Part shown: piece after piece, positions 1-13,389 of the stretch | Layout of the letters: each line of letters begins with the position of its first letter | How positions within the stretch are numbered: position 1 is the first letter of the stretch | Assembly (NCBI RefSeq): GCF_001194135.2 | Contig: NC_068981.1 | Coordinates: 42,805,344 to 42,861,642, forward strand | Direction of reading: 5' to 3' | From: Octopus bimaculoides | Lineage: Eukaryota | Length of the DNA stretch: 56,299 nt | Notes under the pieces: model-generated | Database searches by the model: none | The model's input: the letters and a program-made list of their open reading frames with translations, nothing else | What the model was told of the DNA's origin: nothing | Made by a program: the position numbers and the translations under genes

Positions 1-45
<45 letters not shown>

Positions 46-170
46 TTATACACACACACACACACATATATATACCTACATGTGTGTGTATCTATGTATA
101 TATTATAGATAGAAAGTGATAGAAAGATATAGCGAAAGAGAGTGAGAGAGACAGAGAGAATAGAATATTC
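1..170. repeat. Compound (TA)n/(CA)n/(GA)n microsatellite
   Basis: Dinucleotide runs read directly. Confidence 0.95.
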
Positions 171-1063
171 CTCTTCTCTCTTTGAAATTTACACACCTAT
201 AACATTACTCCAAGCCGAGACCTCTTTTATGAGACATGAAATACTTCTGGAAATTAAGAATAAATAATCTTATAGTCTTGAAACGTATTATGTAAGCTAC
301 TAATTTCGTGAATGAAATAAAATATTTGTTTATGTACCTAGTTTTTTTTTTTATCTAGCCATCGATCGATCAGTTTAGAAAATATCTTTATTCCACTGGG
401 CAGCGTTGTCAAGCGCATCATGACATATTTACAAATCTTATTGACGAAGTGTACCTTGCAGCTTTGTATACAGTTTACCCGTAGAAGACAAGTAACAGAT
501 ACATTCAGTTTTTCTTTTCTTTTCTTTTTTTTTTCTTGCAAGTGTTAAGCTACTTTATCACAGTTTTCTGCTGATCATACATACTAAGATTGCAGAATTG
601 CAGTAACGTTAGCTAACTCTCTTCTACCATCTTTAAAGTACTTCACCTCTACATTTATCTCCCCTACAAAAAAAACCTGGCTGTTAACAAGCGGAAAACC
701 TTTGTTCATAGGACAACTCGACCAATTCTGTGTCTAAGTAATAAATATAACGTTTGAAACTATTCATTTATTCATCGAATTCTTTCACCATTCATAATGT
801 GTCCCTCACTTTCAGTAACACACAAGCTATAAGGCACGATCTTTTTCCTCCAAAATGTTATTTTTCTTACAATGGACGATCGAAAATGTTCTAGTTCACC
901 ATTAACTACACCAGTATCACAAGACTTGAAAGGACTTCTCTGCTTTTTACACAGTCTTCCTCCACTCTCTCGTTGTCTCTCCTTTCCTCTCTTTCTCCAT
1001 CTCCCCCTCTTCCCTGTCTTTCTCTATTCATTTATAAGAAAACATCTACATAAATACACACAT

Positions 1064-1218
1064 ATACGTACATACATACACACACACACACACAAAACAC
1101 ACGCACACACACATATATATGATATATATATGATTATAAATATATCATATATCTATAACTATACATATATACACGTGTGTGTGTGTATATATGCATTTAT
1201 ATGTATATAAATGCATAC

Positions 1219-1263
<45 letters not shown>

Positions 1264-1580
1264 NNNNNNNNNNNNNNNNNNNNNNNNNNNNNNNNNNNNN
1301 NNNNNNNNNNNNNNNNNNNNNNNNNNNNNNNNNNNNNNNNNNNNNNNNNNNNNNNNNNNNNNNNNNNNNNNNNNNNNNNNNNNNNNNNNNNNNNNNNNNN
1401 NNNNNNNNNNNNNNNNNNNNNNNNNNNNNNNNNNNNNNNNNNNNNNNNNNNNNNNNNNNNNNNNNNNTACAAATATATAAATATATATATACAAATATAT
1501 ATACATGCATATACGGGTATAGAATGTAACCAACGGTGCAAATATATAAATATATATATAAATATATGTATATATAGTAT
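1064..1580. repeat. (CA)n/(TA)n microsatellite field around an assembly gap
   Basis: Repeats on both sides of the N run at 1264-1467. Confidence 0.9.
1264..1467. other. Assembly gap
   Basis: N run. Confidence 1.
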
Positions 1581-1595
1581 AATCACACACGAATT

Positions 1596-1934
1596 GCTTA
1601 GACCCCCGCCTTCGGTCATTACTGACCATGGGATTGCACCTAGAAAGTTACCCTCCCAGGCACAAGTCTGGGTAAGGTTGTTTATAGAAGACCAGCAGTC
1701 GCCCACGCATACCAGCCTCCTCTCTCCATGCTACCAGTGTCATCCAAGGGAAAGACAAAGGCCGGTACAGCTTGGCACCTGTGACGTCGCAATTCATTTC
1801 TACAGCTAAGTGAACTGGTGCAACGTGAAATAAACTTTGTTGCTCAAGAACACAACACGTAGCCCGGTCCGGAATTCGAACTCACAACCTCATGACCGTA
1901 AGCTCGACGCTCTAACCACTGAGCCATGCGCCTT
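1596..1934 (-). mobile_element. tRNA-derived SINE, full length (CORE-like body, similar to octopus OR-type SINEs)
   Basis: Minus-strand head GAAGGCGCATGGCTCAGTGGTTAGAGCG with A box TGGCTCAGTGG and B box GTTCGAATTCC; 10-bp TSD CACACGAATT at 1586-1595 and 1935-1944. Confidence 0.9.
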
Positions 1935-2082
1935 CACACGAATTATTGTAAAAACCTGTAAAACTTTGCAGAAGTTTTTCATTTAAATATATATGAGCAT
2001 GTCTAGATATGCAACTATATGCATGAGAATACATACATAAAGCAAAACATACAAACCTGCACATATACAGATATACGTGAAT

Positions 2083-2334
2083 GCATACATACATACATAC
2101 ATACATACATACATACATACAAAAATAACCTGTTGTTGATATTGAAATTCCAATGAAAGAGCTCTGAATCTAGGTTACAAACCGGCTCTTTCTCTTTTGG
2201 CAAGAAATCTTGAAATAAAACTACATACATACATGCATACATACACACATACATACACGCATCCAACCACACAGGCATGCACACATACATGCATACACAC
2301 ACTTACACAAACATGTATATACATATATACACAC
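2083..2334. repeat. (TACA)n/(CA)n tracts
   Basis: Tetra- and dinucleotide runs at about 2083-2120 and 2221-2334 with unique sequence between. Confidence 0.8.
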
Positions 2335-2627
2335 TGGCACTCCGTCGATTACGACAAGGAATGTTCCAGTTGATACGATCGAAATGTGTAACTGGCGGAG
2401 CTTCCACAGATACGAGTAACCTTAACATTATTCTCAAGAAGATTCAGCGTGACACAGAATGTGATAGGGATGATACTCTGAAATACAGATACTACTCATT
2501 TTTGATTGCTAAATAGATTGGTGAAAAGTGAAATAAAGTGTCTTGTTCGAGGACAGAATGTACCGTCGGGTATCGAACTCATGATCTTAGAGGTGTGTGC
2601 GGAATACGTTAACCAGTAAGCTATGCG

Positions 2628-2632
<5 letters not shown>
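2335..2632 (-). mobile_element. tRNA-derived SINE, diverged
   Basis: Minus head GAAGGCGCATAGCTTACTGGTTAACG...GAGTTCGATACCC; 3' part (GATCGTATCAACTGGAAC...CGACGGAGTGCCA) matches the 3' end of the SINE at 9131-9514. Confidence 0.8.
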
Positions 2633-2672
<40 letters not shown>

Positions 2673-2705
2673 GCACACACACACACACATGCGCGCGCGC
2701 ACATG
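2631..2705. repeat. (TC)n(GC)n(AC)n compound microsatellite
   Basis: Read directly. Confidence 0.95.
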
Positions 2706-3803
2706 CATATCTGAGAAGGAGTTGGCTTTTGTTTCGAGAGATAGGCTGCAAAAGCTTTGTGTGAAAACAATAACTGAAATACTGTAAGCAGCTGCGTATT
2801 TCTAAATTCATAAATTGCGAAAATATGTCTTCCAAACGTATCTGTAAAGACAGAGACACCGAAAGTCGAAAACTGATGCTGATTATATAATTTGATTAAG
2901 CAATTATTTAATATATAATAAAACAGAGTGAAAATTTCAATTAACAATATTAATATGACCGTATTCTAATGTGATCTTCTAGTGCTGTTTTGTCTTTTCT
3001 TATTTGTTATTTTGTAATTTATCACAGAAAATACACAACCCATCAATAAAATAAATGTAGCTTCATACTCAAAAAAGAAAAATTATATCTCTCTTTCGAC
3101 AGTCAAAAATATGTCAATTTCAAAATTGAATTAATGAAGATTAGAATACCTCATTAATATAATTCTTCTTGCTAAACTCATCTAGAAATAATACATTATC
3201 TGACACTGCCAATCATTAAACTTGCAACTGAAGTTTAATTTGAGCCATCTACTATAAAACAATATATAATCATTTCATGTACAGACATAACGCAGCACAA
3301 TTTTTCCTGTTCGTTTTGTAGTTGGCAGAATAAAGCGTTACACTAACATTACAATTTCTGACAAAAGTTTCAGGGAATATAAAATAGCCACGATTTAAAA
3401 CATTAAGGACGTACTTAAATAACATGTGGCTGTATATCAGAAGAATGAGAAGCCAAGATAAACTTACTTGGTTTTCAACGCTGAGTGTAAAAGAACTAAT
3501 ATCAATAATATAATTTCCTATAGTTTCAAAATGACTCAGCTAGGAAAATAATACGGAACACCAAAGTCTTAAAAAATCAGGAGAGAGTATACACATACAC
3601 ACGCGCAGGCATGCACACACACATACATACATAGGGAACAAGTATATTAGTCAATACTGTATCGAACATACACGTGTTTGAACAAAGTACAGTAATAACT
3701 ACATAACAGTTGTAGAAACATTGTGCCGTATTGCACCTCACATCATTGTTCCGCCATAAATACAAAGAGAGACATCTCACAATAAAGCAGAGGACAGAAA
3801 AAA

Positions 3804-3917
3804 GAGGCCACGCCTCTCTCACGAAGCCACGTCCCTCTCACGACGCCACGCCTCTCTCACGACGCCACGCCTCTCTCACGACGCCACGCCTCTCTCATGA
3901 GGCTACGCCTCTCTCAA
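3804..3917. repeat. 19-bp minisatellite, 6 copies (GACGCCACGCCTCTCTCAC)
   Basis: Six consecutive 19-nt units with 0-3 mismatches to the consensus. Confidence 0.95.
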
Positions 3918-4019
3918 AACTAAGTAGAAATTATAAGAAAAATATTAATAACAACAATAAGAAGAACCATGTCAATACGAATATCAGAGACTTATCACCT
4001 ACTTGGGTTACAATTTAAG

Positions 4020-5735
4020 AGGAGCAGCCTATATCTGGATGTCAGGTTAAAATCCAAAGTAACAAACTTCCTTTAGACCTAGACAAGGTAAACATTTTTA
4101 AGGGAGGGGGGGTTAACCAGAACAGGCATTCCATTCATTTCCCAGCTCAAAGAAACGAGCCCATCCTATCTTCGGGTCAAGACATAGGACGCAACCCCCG
4201 ATATCAGCAGCGGGGCCCGACAGCATATGCTGATTTACCCCCACCACATCATGCTAGTTCCGTACCCCTTTGAGCAACATCGATTCACTCACCCGTTCAC
4301 AAACATTCTCCAAGCTTTCCTATCATTTATAAACTCTCTTGTCTCTCTCTCACTCAGGCACTTCTAGCCACCAAAGCTTTCCTCATTCCATCCATCCACA
4401 CAAACCGAGGTCTGCCGCTGGCTGTGCTGCCTACCAGTTCTGCCTTCATCATCCTCCTCACCATCCGCTCCTCATCCATCCTCTCCATGTGGCCAAACCA
4501 CCTCAACATTCGTCACTGCATTCTGGTTGTTAGATTTTCTCTCATTCCTGCTCGTCTTCGCACCTCCTCATTCCTCATCCTGTCCATCCGTGTCACACCA
4601 ACCATAGCCCTCAGACATCTCATCTCAAACACATCTAGCCACTTCTTCTCTGCCTCTCTCAGACCCCACGTCTCTGCACCATATAACATTGTCGGCACAG
4701 TCACACCCTTATACAGACCTCTTTTCGCTTTCATACTCAACCTTTTATCTCTCAGCATACCTTTCACAATTCCAAGTATCTTACTCCCCTCCCTCACTCT
4801 ATATCCCACTTCTTCAGCCAACTACCCCCATCCACTGTCGCATGGGACCCCAGATACTTAAAAACACACCCCTCTTCTAACATTTCACCATTTATACTCA
4901 CATTCACCTGACCACCCATTCCATCTCTCAAAATCTCATCACTTTACTCTTAGCTACATTTACTTCCAGTTCTCTCCTCTCACACACTCTTTCAAACTCT
5001 ATCACCAGTCTTCTCAGTTGCTCTTCCGAATCCTCCACCAGAGCTGTATCATCAGCAACCAACAATTGATTCACTTGCCATTTCTCTCCATTTTCTCCCA
5101 CCATTTATGTTCTCTTACCAAGGGTTCTAGCATTACCTCTTTCACCACACCATCCATATACAGATTAAACAACCATGGAGACATTACACAACCCTGTCTT
5201 AACCCCACCTTCAAATCAAACCGCTTACTTACTTTAACACCCACCCTAATGCACGCTCTACTTTCTGTATAAAAACTCTATACAATTCTCAACGATCTAC
5301 TATCCACTCCATACAATCGCAACACCTGTCACATTGCATCCCTAACCACACGGTCATATGCCTTCTCTAGGTCCATAAAAGCCCAATACACCTCCCTCCC
5401 TTTTACCAAAACCTTCTCACACATCTGCCTTACTGCAAATGCTTGATCTGCACACCCCCTTCCACTTCTAAAACCGCACTGCTCCTCCTCTGGTACACTC
5501 TCTGCCTGGTCCCTCAACCTTACAATCAGAATTCTCCCATACAGTTTACCAACCACACACAACGGACTTACACCCCCAAAATTTCCACACCCACATTTAT
5601 CCCCTTTCAATGGCACTGTACCGTGGCACTATACAGGCACCGCACCAGTTCTTTAGTACTCCTCTAGCCATATAATCACTGTCACTCCTCCTTTCACTAG
5701 GCATTCCACTGTACATCCATCAATACACTCACACA
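4020..5735 (-). mobile_element. RTE-clade LINE, 5'-truncated and frameshifted (RT plus 3' end)
   Basis: ORF 5329..5616 has EEQCGFRSGRGCADQAFAVRQ...FMDLEKAYDRV; ORF 4513..4821 has VPTMLYGAETW...FEMRCLRAMVGVTRMDRMRNEEVRRR, typical of the RTE RT and C-terminus. 4020-4330 is assigned as 3' UTR by position only. Confidence 0.9.
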
Positions 5736-6299
5736 TGCACACACATATATAGCAACGACAACAACACCACCAACAAAAATAAAAATAGGAGTATCACAAT
5801 TATATCCCCTTTCTGGAAGCAATACTTTTGGATAAGATATAGCCAACTTCCGAAAATTCTAGAAGTAAATTACGTAAGCATAACTTAAAATATTAAACCT
5901 GCTACAAAGTATCATATTAACACTCCTCCAAACAGCACCTTTGGATCAGATACCAATATATAAACCACATTCTAATACAAAAACAATACCCATAGCATAA
6001 GAGGATGCACAATTAAGGCAGCTAACACACTCTTAACTCAGCAAGAAAGCTGAAACGTCTCACCAGAAATCGTATTCTGCACTATATACCAAGCCACAAT
6101 AATCACATGGTAAACTAGCTTCCAACTCTAAGGTTAGCATAATCTATTTACACTGACTCGTAGATAAGCATTCATATATGCAACACACTAATAATAGAGT
6201 CGTCCGGAAATCATCGTGCAAGGGAAAAAAAATTGAAGCCTAATTGCACAATCAAAATATCCATTTGAGGACAGCTTCTAACACAATACACCATCTGCA

Positions 6300-7000
6300 A
6301 ACGCTAAGGAAATAAAACTGAGATCCAAGCAACTATCCAGAGCAATAACAACGCATATAAACCAAAGAAAAGAAAAAAATTCACGAACATTTCTTCCAAC
6401 ATAAATCCCTAAAACCGTAGAACATTATACACAATAATTGCTAGCAACAACAAACATAAGCCTCTTGACACTACATTCTACAATAACAATTCTAAATAAC
6501 ATACCTAAACTATAACAGCAAACATGTTCCCTTATCAAATATCTTTTTTCGAAAACCAGTCAGCAAAGACTGCACATAGAAGAAATGCAAACTACAAGAC
6601 ACATGCTTTCCCTCTAGGTAACAATCACGACATCTTCCTTTTATCAGCCACCAAAATAGCTATAGGAAAATACCGAAATGAAAAGGCTTTTGGACTTGAC
6701 AAAATAACAAATATACATCTAAAATACTTTGGGATTGAAAGAATTATTGCACCTGCTAACATCTTCAATTTCCCACAACAAAGCTAAATTGTCAGAATGC
6801 TGCAACAAGAAAACATCATCATAATTCTAAAATGCAATAAAATCCAAACGGAGCAACATCACGCAAGGACATCGTCCTCCCATTCTAACTTTAGAAATCC
6901 CTACAACTCATCCCATACATTACCAATTCCTGCATTCTTCTCTCCTTTTCACAATACGAATTCAGACCATTACAGTCAACTATCACATATCTTAAAAACC
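6300..7000 (+). mobile_element. Highly decayed Jockey/I-like LINE RT remnant
   Basis: KAFGLDKITNIHLKYFG...NIFNF resembles KAPGPDGI...NIFN; a later FRPL resembles YRPI. Many stops. Confidence 0.5.
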
Positions 7001-9130
7001 TTACCAAATATACACAATAACTGCAATAATATGTATACACTATCGTACCATTGTCTTTGACAAAACTTTCGATTCTATTCATTAATATCTACTAATAAAC
7101 AAAATACTCAACACCTTGTGAAACAAAGCTACTGCAAATTCTCGATTTCTTTTTTTTATTTTTATAAAAGATATCGATTGGTCAATTAACAAACGCTTTT
7201 ATTTTAAAAAATCGACAGGTTACAATTTCTCAGATGAATTAGAACGAAGATTCTTCAAATGCACACGTTTAACTACAAAATAACATTATCGCAAAATAAC
7301 ATATGATAGAAAGAGAAAGAAAATGTAATTCACGAGATTCTTTATCAATCACTACGATCGTTTCGACCCTTCATGCATCGGTCCCTCGCGGATTAAATGA
7401 TGTACAAATAGTTGTGGTGCATAATTTGGTGCTGATGTACCTCGTCGGATGACTTGATAAAAGGTACCTCGTTTTTTAATCTCTGTTCGTTTATTTCGAT
7501 TACAATACATTTTGATAGTTGTCTTTAGCCACTCGCATCCTCACGAAAACTTGAGTTAAAATGAAGAACACTCACCTTATAAGTAATAAATTGATTTGCA
7601 AAAAATAAAAATATCTGCACAAGATATATACACAAACTCACATCCAAATAACATTGCACTCACACACTCCCGCTCCTTCTAGACACGGCTGCATAACTTT
7701 TCTAACTCTACATTCATCCCATAAAATGTTGGTTCCAAAGCAGCATTCACCAAATACTCTACTGCCCCTGATGCTTATTAGTAAGACCAGAGATCATCAA
7801 AAACACTCAGGAATGACATTTAACAACACAAAAATACAGAGTTAACGAGTGAGTCTCAGCTATGTCACTCAGTATCTATAAATAACTACCAAATCTCGCT
7901 GAAAACATACCATGCCGTCTTATGTATGTAAGAACAGGATATATTAGGTTGTGTAGGCCTATATATTCCTGAAACGATGGGATAATTTCCGTTGGGTTGC
8001 CTTTGATCATAGGCTGATTGTTCAGAGGCTGCATAATAACTACATAAACATATTACACACTCACGGTAGAAAATATTGAATCATATACAAAATCTCTATA
8101 ACATTTAGGGAACACATAAAGTAAACGAAATGATACACAGAATTTATATATCGCATATTCAGAAGGAAGTATAGAGAGAAAAGAATGAAAGTAGTAGTTT
8201 ACAAAAGATATATAGATTCAATATTGAATATACTGATTATTCTTGGGCCTCTAATCTCTTAACAAGCAGAATAAACTACGAAAACTATGGCATCAAAAAC
8301 TTTATGCAGTCTCTAAATTCGTTACAAATAACAGTCAGATCTCCTTTAAATCATACCTTACCCTCGAATGAAGGAAAGAATATATCCAATTGAGGGCGTA
8401 ATTTTAGATATAGGATTTCAATAGTAACCAATTGGCTGATATTAGAATTCTTTTCATAATTGATCTGCTCAATGAAGCCTAGTTTTTACTAGACCACAAC
8501 TGTAGGAACACAAAACAGCGCACTTGCTATTATCCTCATCAAAAGTAGCATATACACCACTAGCACATAATAATAAAAATACTAAAACTGAAATCACACC
8601 TGAGTATGCAAAGTATACAATTTGTCGCCTAAGAAAACTCTGAATATGCTATTATATGGTCAATGATCTCAAGCACCTATTACATCTGCAACATCCCAGA
8701 GTACAATTACATTATTATCCTAAAGGCACTATCATTACCATTCAGATCACACAAATGTAAAATATAAGAAATAACAGCATCAATGGTATCATTTTTCACA
8801 AGACACAAGAACTGAGTTGTCGCCGCTGCTGTTATTGCTGCTACTGCTTAGGCTGGATGTAGCTTGCCCAGTTCCATTGAAGAATGTACAGATGTACGAA
8901 AATTGACTGGATAATAGAGAGCACAACATTCCTGCCTTCTATGTTGCTATGGGCAGTATGGTGTCCGCTAGGAAGACGCATGTTATATCCAGATCAAAAG
9001 ATGTGCGAATCGCAGCCGCTCGATTAATCAACAAGCTATATAATATAGATATCGGTCTTCTGAAATAGAGCTGATGTCGTACTAGCCAATAATAGCAACA
9101 TCACAATTGACATCAGCATAATCATTGTCA

Positions 9131-9514
9131 GTGGAGGCGCAATGGCCCAGTGGTTATGGCAGCGGACTCGCGGTCATAGGATCGCGGTTTCGATTCACAG
9201 ACCGGGCATTGTGAGTGTTTATTGAGCGAAAACACCTAAAGCTCCTCGAGGCTCCGGCAGGAGATGGTGGCGAACCCTGCTGTACTATTTCACCACAACT
9301 TTCTCTCACTCTTACTTCCTGTTTCTTTTGTGACTGTAATTCAAAAGGTCAGCCTTGTCACACTGTGTCACACTGAATATCCCCGATAACTACGTTAAGG
9401 GTACACGTGTCTGTGGAGTGCTCAGCCACTTGCACGTTAATTTCACGAGCAGGCTGTTCCGTTGATCGGATCAACTGGAACCCTCGAAGTTATAAGCGAC
9501 GCAGTGCTAACAAC
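9131..9514 (+). mobile_element. tRNA-derived SINE, full length
   Basis: Head GTGGAGGCGCAATGGCCCAGTGGTTA..., B box GGTTTCGATTC; tail AACAAC; 11-bp TSD AATCATTGTCA at 9120-9130 and 9515-9525. Confidence 0.9.
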
Positions 9515-10715
9515 AATCATTGTCAACATCGTTATCAATTTTTCCTTTGGTCTCACGTCTCTCGGCAGATTTTAACCTACAACTATCTCCTGTTTTTGTC
9601 TTTAATTCTAAAGTTTCTATGACTTATTAAAGGTCAACGTCGCTTTTGTAATGGATCTCTTTCACGCGTACATAACAATTCTTGAATTAAATCACAGTTT
9701 AAAAACTCATTAGGAAACTTTTCGAAAGATTTGAAACCATAATAAAATATTTTATCTTGGGCATTAAATATTTAGGCATCAAAATTAAAGAAAAAGGAAA
9801 ACCAAGTAGCACAAGATCTGGAGCAGCTTAATCAGTTTAGGTAAGAGCTAATTATTTCATTAAGTGTTAGAAAGACATCTGCTTTCAGATTTCCTACTTC
9901 TTTGTCAGGTTAGATATAGTGTTATCAGGTAGACATAAAGCCTATTTTAAAATGGTTTTAAATGATTCAAAAAGATTTTTTCAGACTAAAGAAATATTGT
10001 GATTCAGGTACTGTTATGCACAGTTGAAGAAACTTCATACATAAACTGGAACGCAATGACGGAAGTCATACAACAGCTCTGTAGACATATGACAGCACAT
10101 CATAAAGTGCTTATAGATGTGATTACTTACAAAGGGATTAGTGCTGTTTCAGTTTTATCCTTTACTTAATACCACCGTTTTACACATAACTGGTGTTATA
10201 CTGGTTGAGATATGTAATATATTATACTTTAACACGCTTAAATAAAATACACTCTCGTTTTGATGTTTACTTGTGCAGTTCCTAGTTATGTCTATTCAGT
10301 TACATAACCTTTAAGGTAGTACTTGCAACAGGAAATGACACTTTTACAAAATTCATCGATAAAAGAAAAAATTCTAGAAGTGTTCGAAGAATTCTCTACA
10401 ATTGTGTTTCTATTTCTTAAGTTTATAGCGGTAAACTTCGACAGTTTTCACTAATTGCTATATACTCATATTTAAATTTATGAAGACCAACAATTTGTGA
10501 TAAAGTAGAGGTACATAATATTGAAAACTTTGCACTAAAATATTTGATTCATTCATATAGATCACAGTCCTCTATAAGCACCATCCTAATTTACCACCGA
10601 CATCAGCAAAGTTTTCGAATCTATTCCTTAAGACCTATTTGCACATGAAGTACACAAAAAGTTCCATCCATCAAACGCCACAAAAGGAATTTCAGTGTCT
10701 CAAAACAAACCCGTG

Positions 10716-10717
<2 letters not shown>

Positions 10718-10758
<41 letters not shown>

Positions 10759-10799
10759 TAGATAGATAGATAGATAGATAGATTGATTGATAGATAGAT

Positions 10800-10832
<33 letters not shown>

Positions 10833-10930
10833 CATACATACATACACACATACATGCATACATACATATATACATACATAGGTACGTACGTACATACATA
10901 ACATGCATAGACACATATATATAAATACAT
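10718..10930. repeat. (TA)n(TAGA)n(TACA)n compound microsatellite
   Basis: Read directly. Confidence 0.95.
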
Positions 10931-10937
10931 ACTCTAT

Positions 10938-11125
10938 AGATATCAAAACCCGCAAAATCCTGACAACAACTGGGAACTTCAACAGAAACAGTGATGGTGA
11001 CAAGCTCTACCTAACAAGAAATGAAGGTGATAGAGGCCTGAGATCAGTGCAAACGGCCTTCGAATGCCGTATGGTATCACTCAGGCAGCACCTTAAACAA
11101 CAAAACAGAGCCCTGCTACTTTGTC
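10938..11125 (+). mobile_element. R4/Dong-like RLE retrotransposon fragment (post-RT region)
   Basis: IDIKTRKILTTTGNFNRNSDGDKLYLTRNEGDRGLRSVQTAFECRMVSLRQHL; similar to the 38900-39080 segment and to the DRKTRK...DVDRLY...GGRGL motif. Confidence 0.85.
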
Positions 11126-11192
11126 AGTGACCGATTTGGATTCTGAAAGGAAAAATTTCAAAGACGCGCGGACACATGCACATACACTCGTA

Positions 11193-11196
<4 letters not shown>

Positions 11197-11263
<67 letters not shown>

Positions 11264-11267
11264 ACAC
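11197..11267. repeat. (CA)n microsatellite
   Basis: Read directly. Confidence 0.98.
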
Positions 11268-12541
11268 AGTATTACGCCTGCAGTTAGCAATATACGGTAC
11301 AACATAATGAACACAAATAGTAGTCTAAATTTACAAATATTTTTTTATTGTTAGAGTTTGTTACATTGTTTTTATTCCTCGGGCAATTTTTACGTTAATC
11401 AGGTGGGCATGAGATGGAGTGTCACAGAAGAGACGGTGAAACATGTTTAGGAAATTATTGTTAATATCCAATGTCGCGAGAGATTATATAATATAAATAT
11501 CCTGTCCGTCTACCAGTGTTCAACACGCTACATAATCAGAACACATTAATACTAATAACCCCACACTGGATAATTATCGCATGAAAGTAATAGGTCTCAT
11601 ATCTGAAGAGAAATTATTTATCAATGCCATCATGAAAAGGGGTGTTACCAGGCGTATTGCAACAACAAAATAATAGCGATTGATCAAACGGTTACAGACA
11701 AAAGAGGACTCTTCGTATTTCAAGTGAGGTTTGCAACACAACATTTCGCGGCAATGGACAACAATAATTTCGTTACCACATGTTTCAAATTATTTTTGTT
11801 GACATGCTAGCTAGGAATCTTCTTCTTTGGTGCGAATATTGAGGTAATAGAACAGTAGTCAATTCTTTACAAACAAAAACCATAATGAATGTACACTCAT
11901 CCAGATATACACAAATACACTCATACACACACGCACGTACACACATGTGTGTATGTGCACATGCGAATATATCTGTGTTAACTTGACTATTGTTCTGTTT
12001 CTTCGTGATTCCTGATATGAATGTTTACATGTGTTTGTATTTATAAACAAATATCGCTTAAATTATCATGTGTGTTACTAACGGTTTCATAAACTTAGTT
12101 TTCAGATATAAGGTTTGAAATGATATAGTTTTCAAATGTCCGCTTCCTTTGTGGTTGGGCCAGATTCTTTAACCGAAATTTGTCGAATAGTAGAACCGAT
12201 CTAGAATGCAATATTTTATCGATATCGTTATCGTCTACAGTGTTGTGGTTCTTAGCAGAATCTAGACCTCTGGGTTATTGGGCTTTGGATAACAAGAGTA
12301 AGAATGGTTGGTGTGCAACTCAGTAAATCTAAAAATATGTGTGTTATCAATACCTTTTTAATAAGCCTATACTATAATTTCACTGATGTAGGTGGAGGCC
12401 TTACAAGTATTACAGTTAACTCTGTCTGTTTTGAATCTCTTTACTAATTAGTCTTCGATTTATTTGATTAATCTACATTTAGAGTTGGCTGCAAACGTTG
12501 CTTTATGAATTCAAATACTTTGTATTGGAATAAAATAACAT

Positions 12542-12926
12542 AAAACAAGAGCACTCAGAGAGCGCAAACCTCCGCCGAGGTAACGTCAGCGTCCTCTCAA
12601 CGATTAGCCGGAGATGATTTTTAAAATGGGAATATCTGAAATAAACTCGACTGCTCTCACAAACGAGAATACTAAAAATAAACCCGACCGCTCTCAAAAA
12701 TTAAGTAAAACGAAAACGGAAAAATAATCCAGAATCCTTGTCCGGTACCGGATCGATCCCAAAATCTACTCAGTTCGTGCCAGTCACGAGGCCAAACATC
12801 CCTGAAAGTTTCATCCGAATCCATCCAGCGGATCTTGAGATATTTTATCCACTGACTAACAAACAAACAAACAAACAAACACGACTGAAAAACAATACCT
12901 CCGCGTTTGCTAAGGCGGAGGTAATA
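12542..12926 (-). mobile_element. Non-autonomous Helentron-type element (HINE/DINE-1-like architecture)
   Basis: Subterminal IR ACCTCCGCC (12568-12576) / GGCGGAGGT (12914-12922); hairpin TACCTCCGC...GCGGAGGTA (12896-12923); (AAAC)n at 12858-12880; terminal stem-loop GCGCTC-TCT-GAGTGC on the minus strand; T-rich ends. Confidence 0.75.
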
Positions 12927-13389
12927 ATGTTTTGGTGTTTGTTTCTATGTAGTTTCTATGTGATTGAGTAGATGTCTTCGCATTTATTTTCTATTATAAG
13001 TTTTCGGTTTAGTCTGGAAAAAATAATGATGGAAGAAATATGTGTAGTCATACATCTTTCTTTTTTAAACATATACTTAAACGAGCACTATAAAAATAAT
13101 GAACTGTATTTGGAAATGAAACGAATCAACTAGAAAATTTTGGGAATATCTAGATCCAAGAAAACTGGAAGTGAAAGGTGTTACCTGTGAATGTAAGGAC
13201 TAGAAAAATATCTGTTTAAACATGAGATAAGAAATATTTTGGAAATATCTGAATTTGAAAAACTCTTATCAGGCCATCAGCTTTTTTTCATTGACATCTT
13301 CGTTAGCCATTGAAATGATATTTGGCCTCGATACCCTTGTGTGATCTAAGATAAATTTCTGTATAAACTTTTCTGTTCCTATCATTGCT

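Noticed and set aside
338-541. 67-aa ORF, and LIDEVY on the plus strand (P-element-like)
   Set aside because: Six-residue match followed by a stop; no supporting motifs.
872-1809. Several ORFs of 90-210 aa
   Set aside because: Translations of (TA)/(CA) repeats and N gaps, not genes.
9131-9205. tRNA-like heads here and at other SINEs as tRNA genes
   Set aside because: They continue into SINE bodies, several with TSDs; no complete cloverleaf.
11450-11830. Possible Tc1 transposase remnant
   Set aside because: Only vague similarity to QDNA/WP.SPDL motifs, with stops; not supportable.
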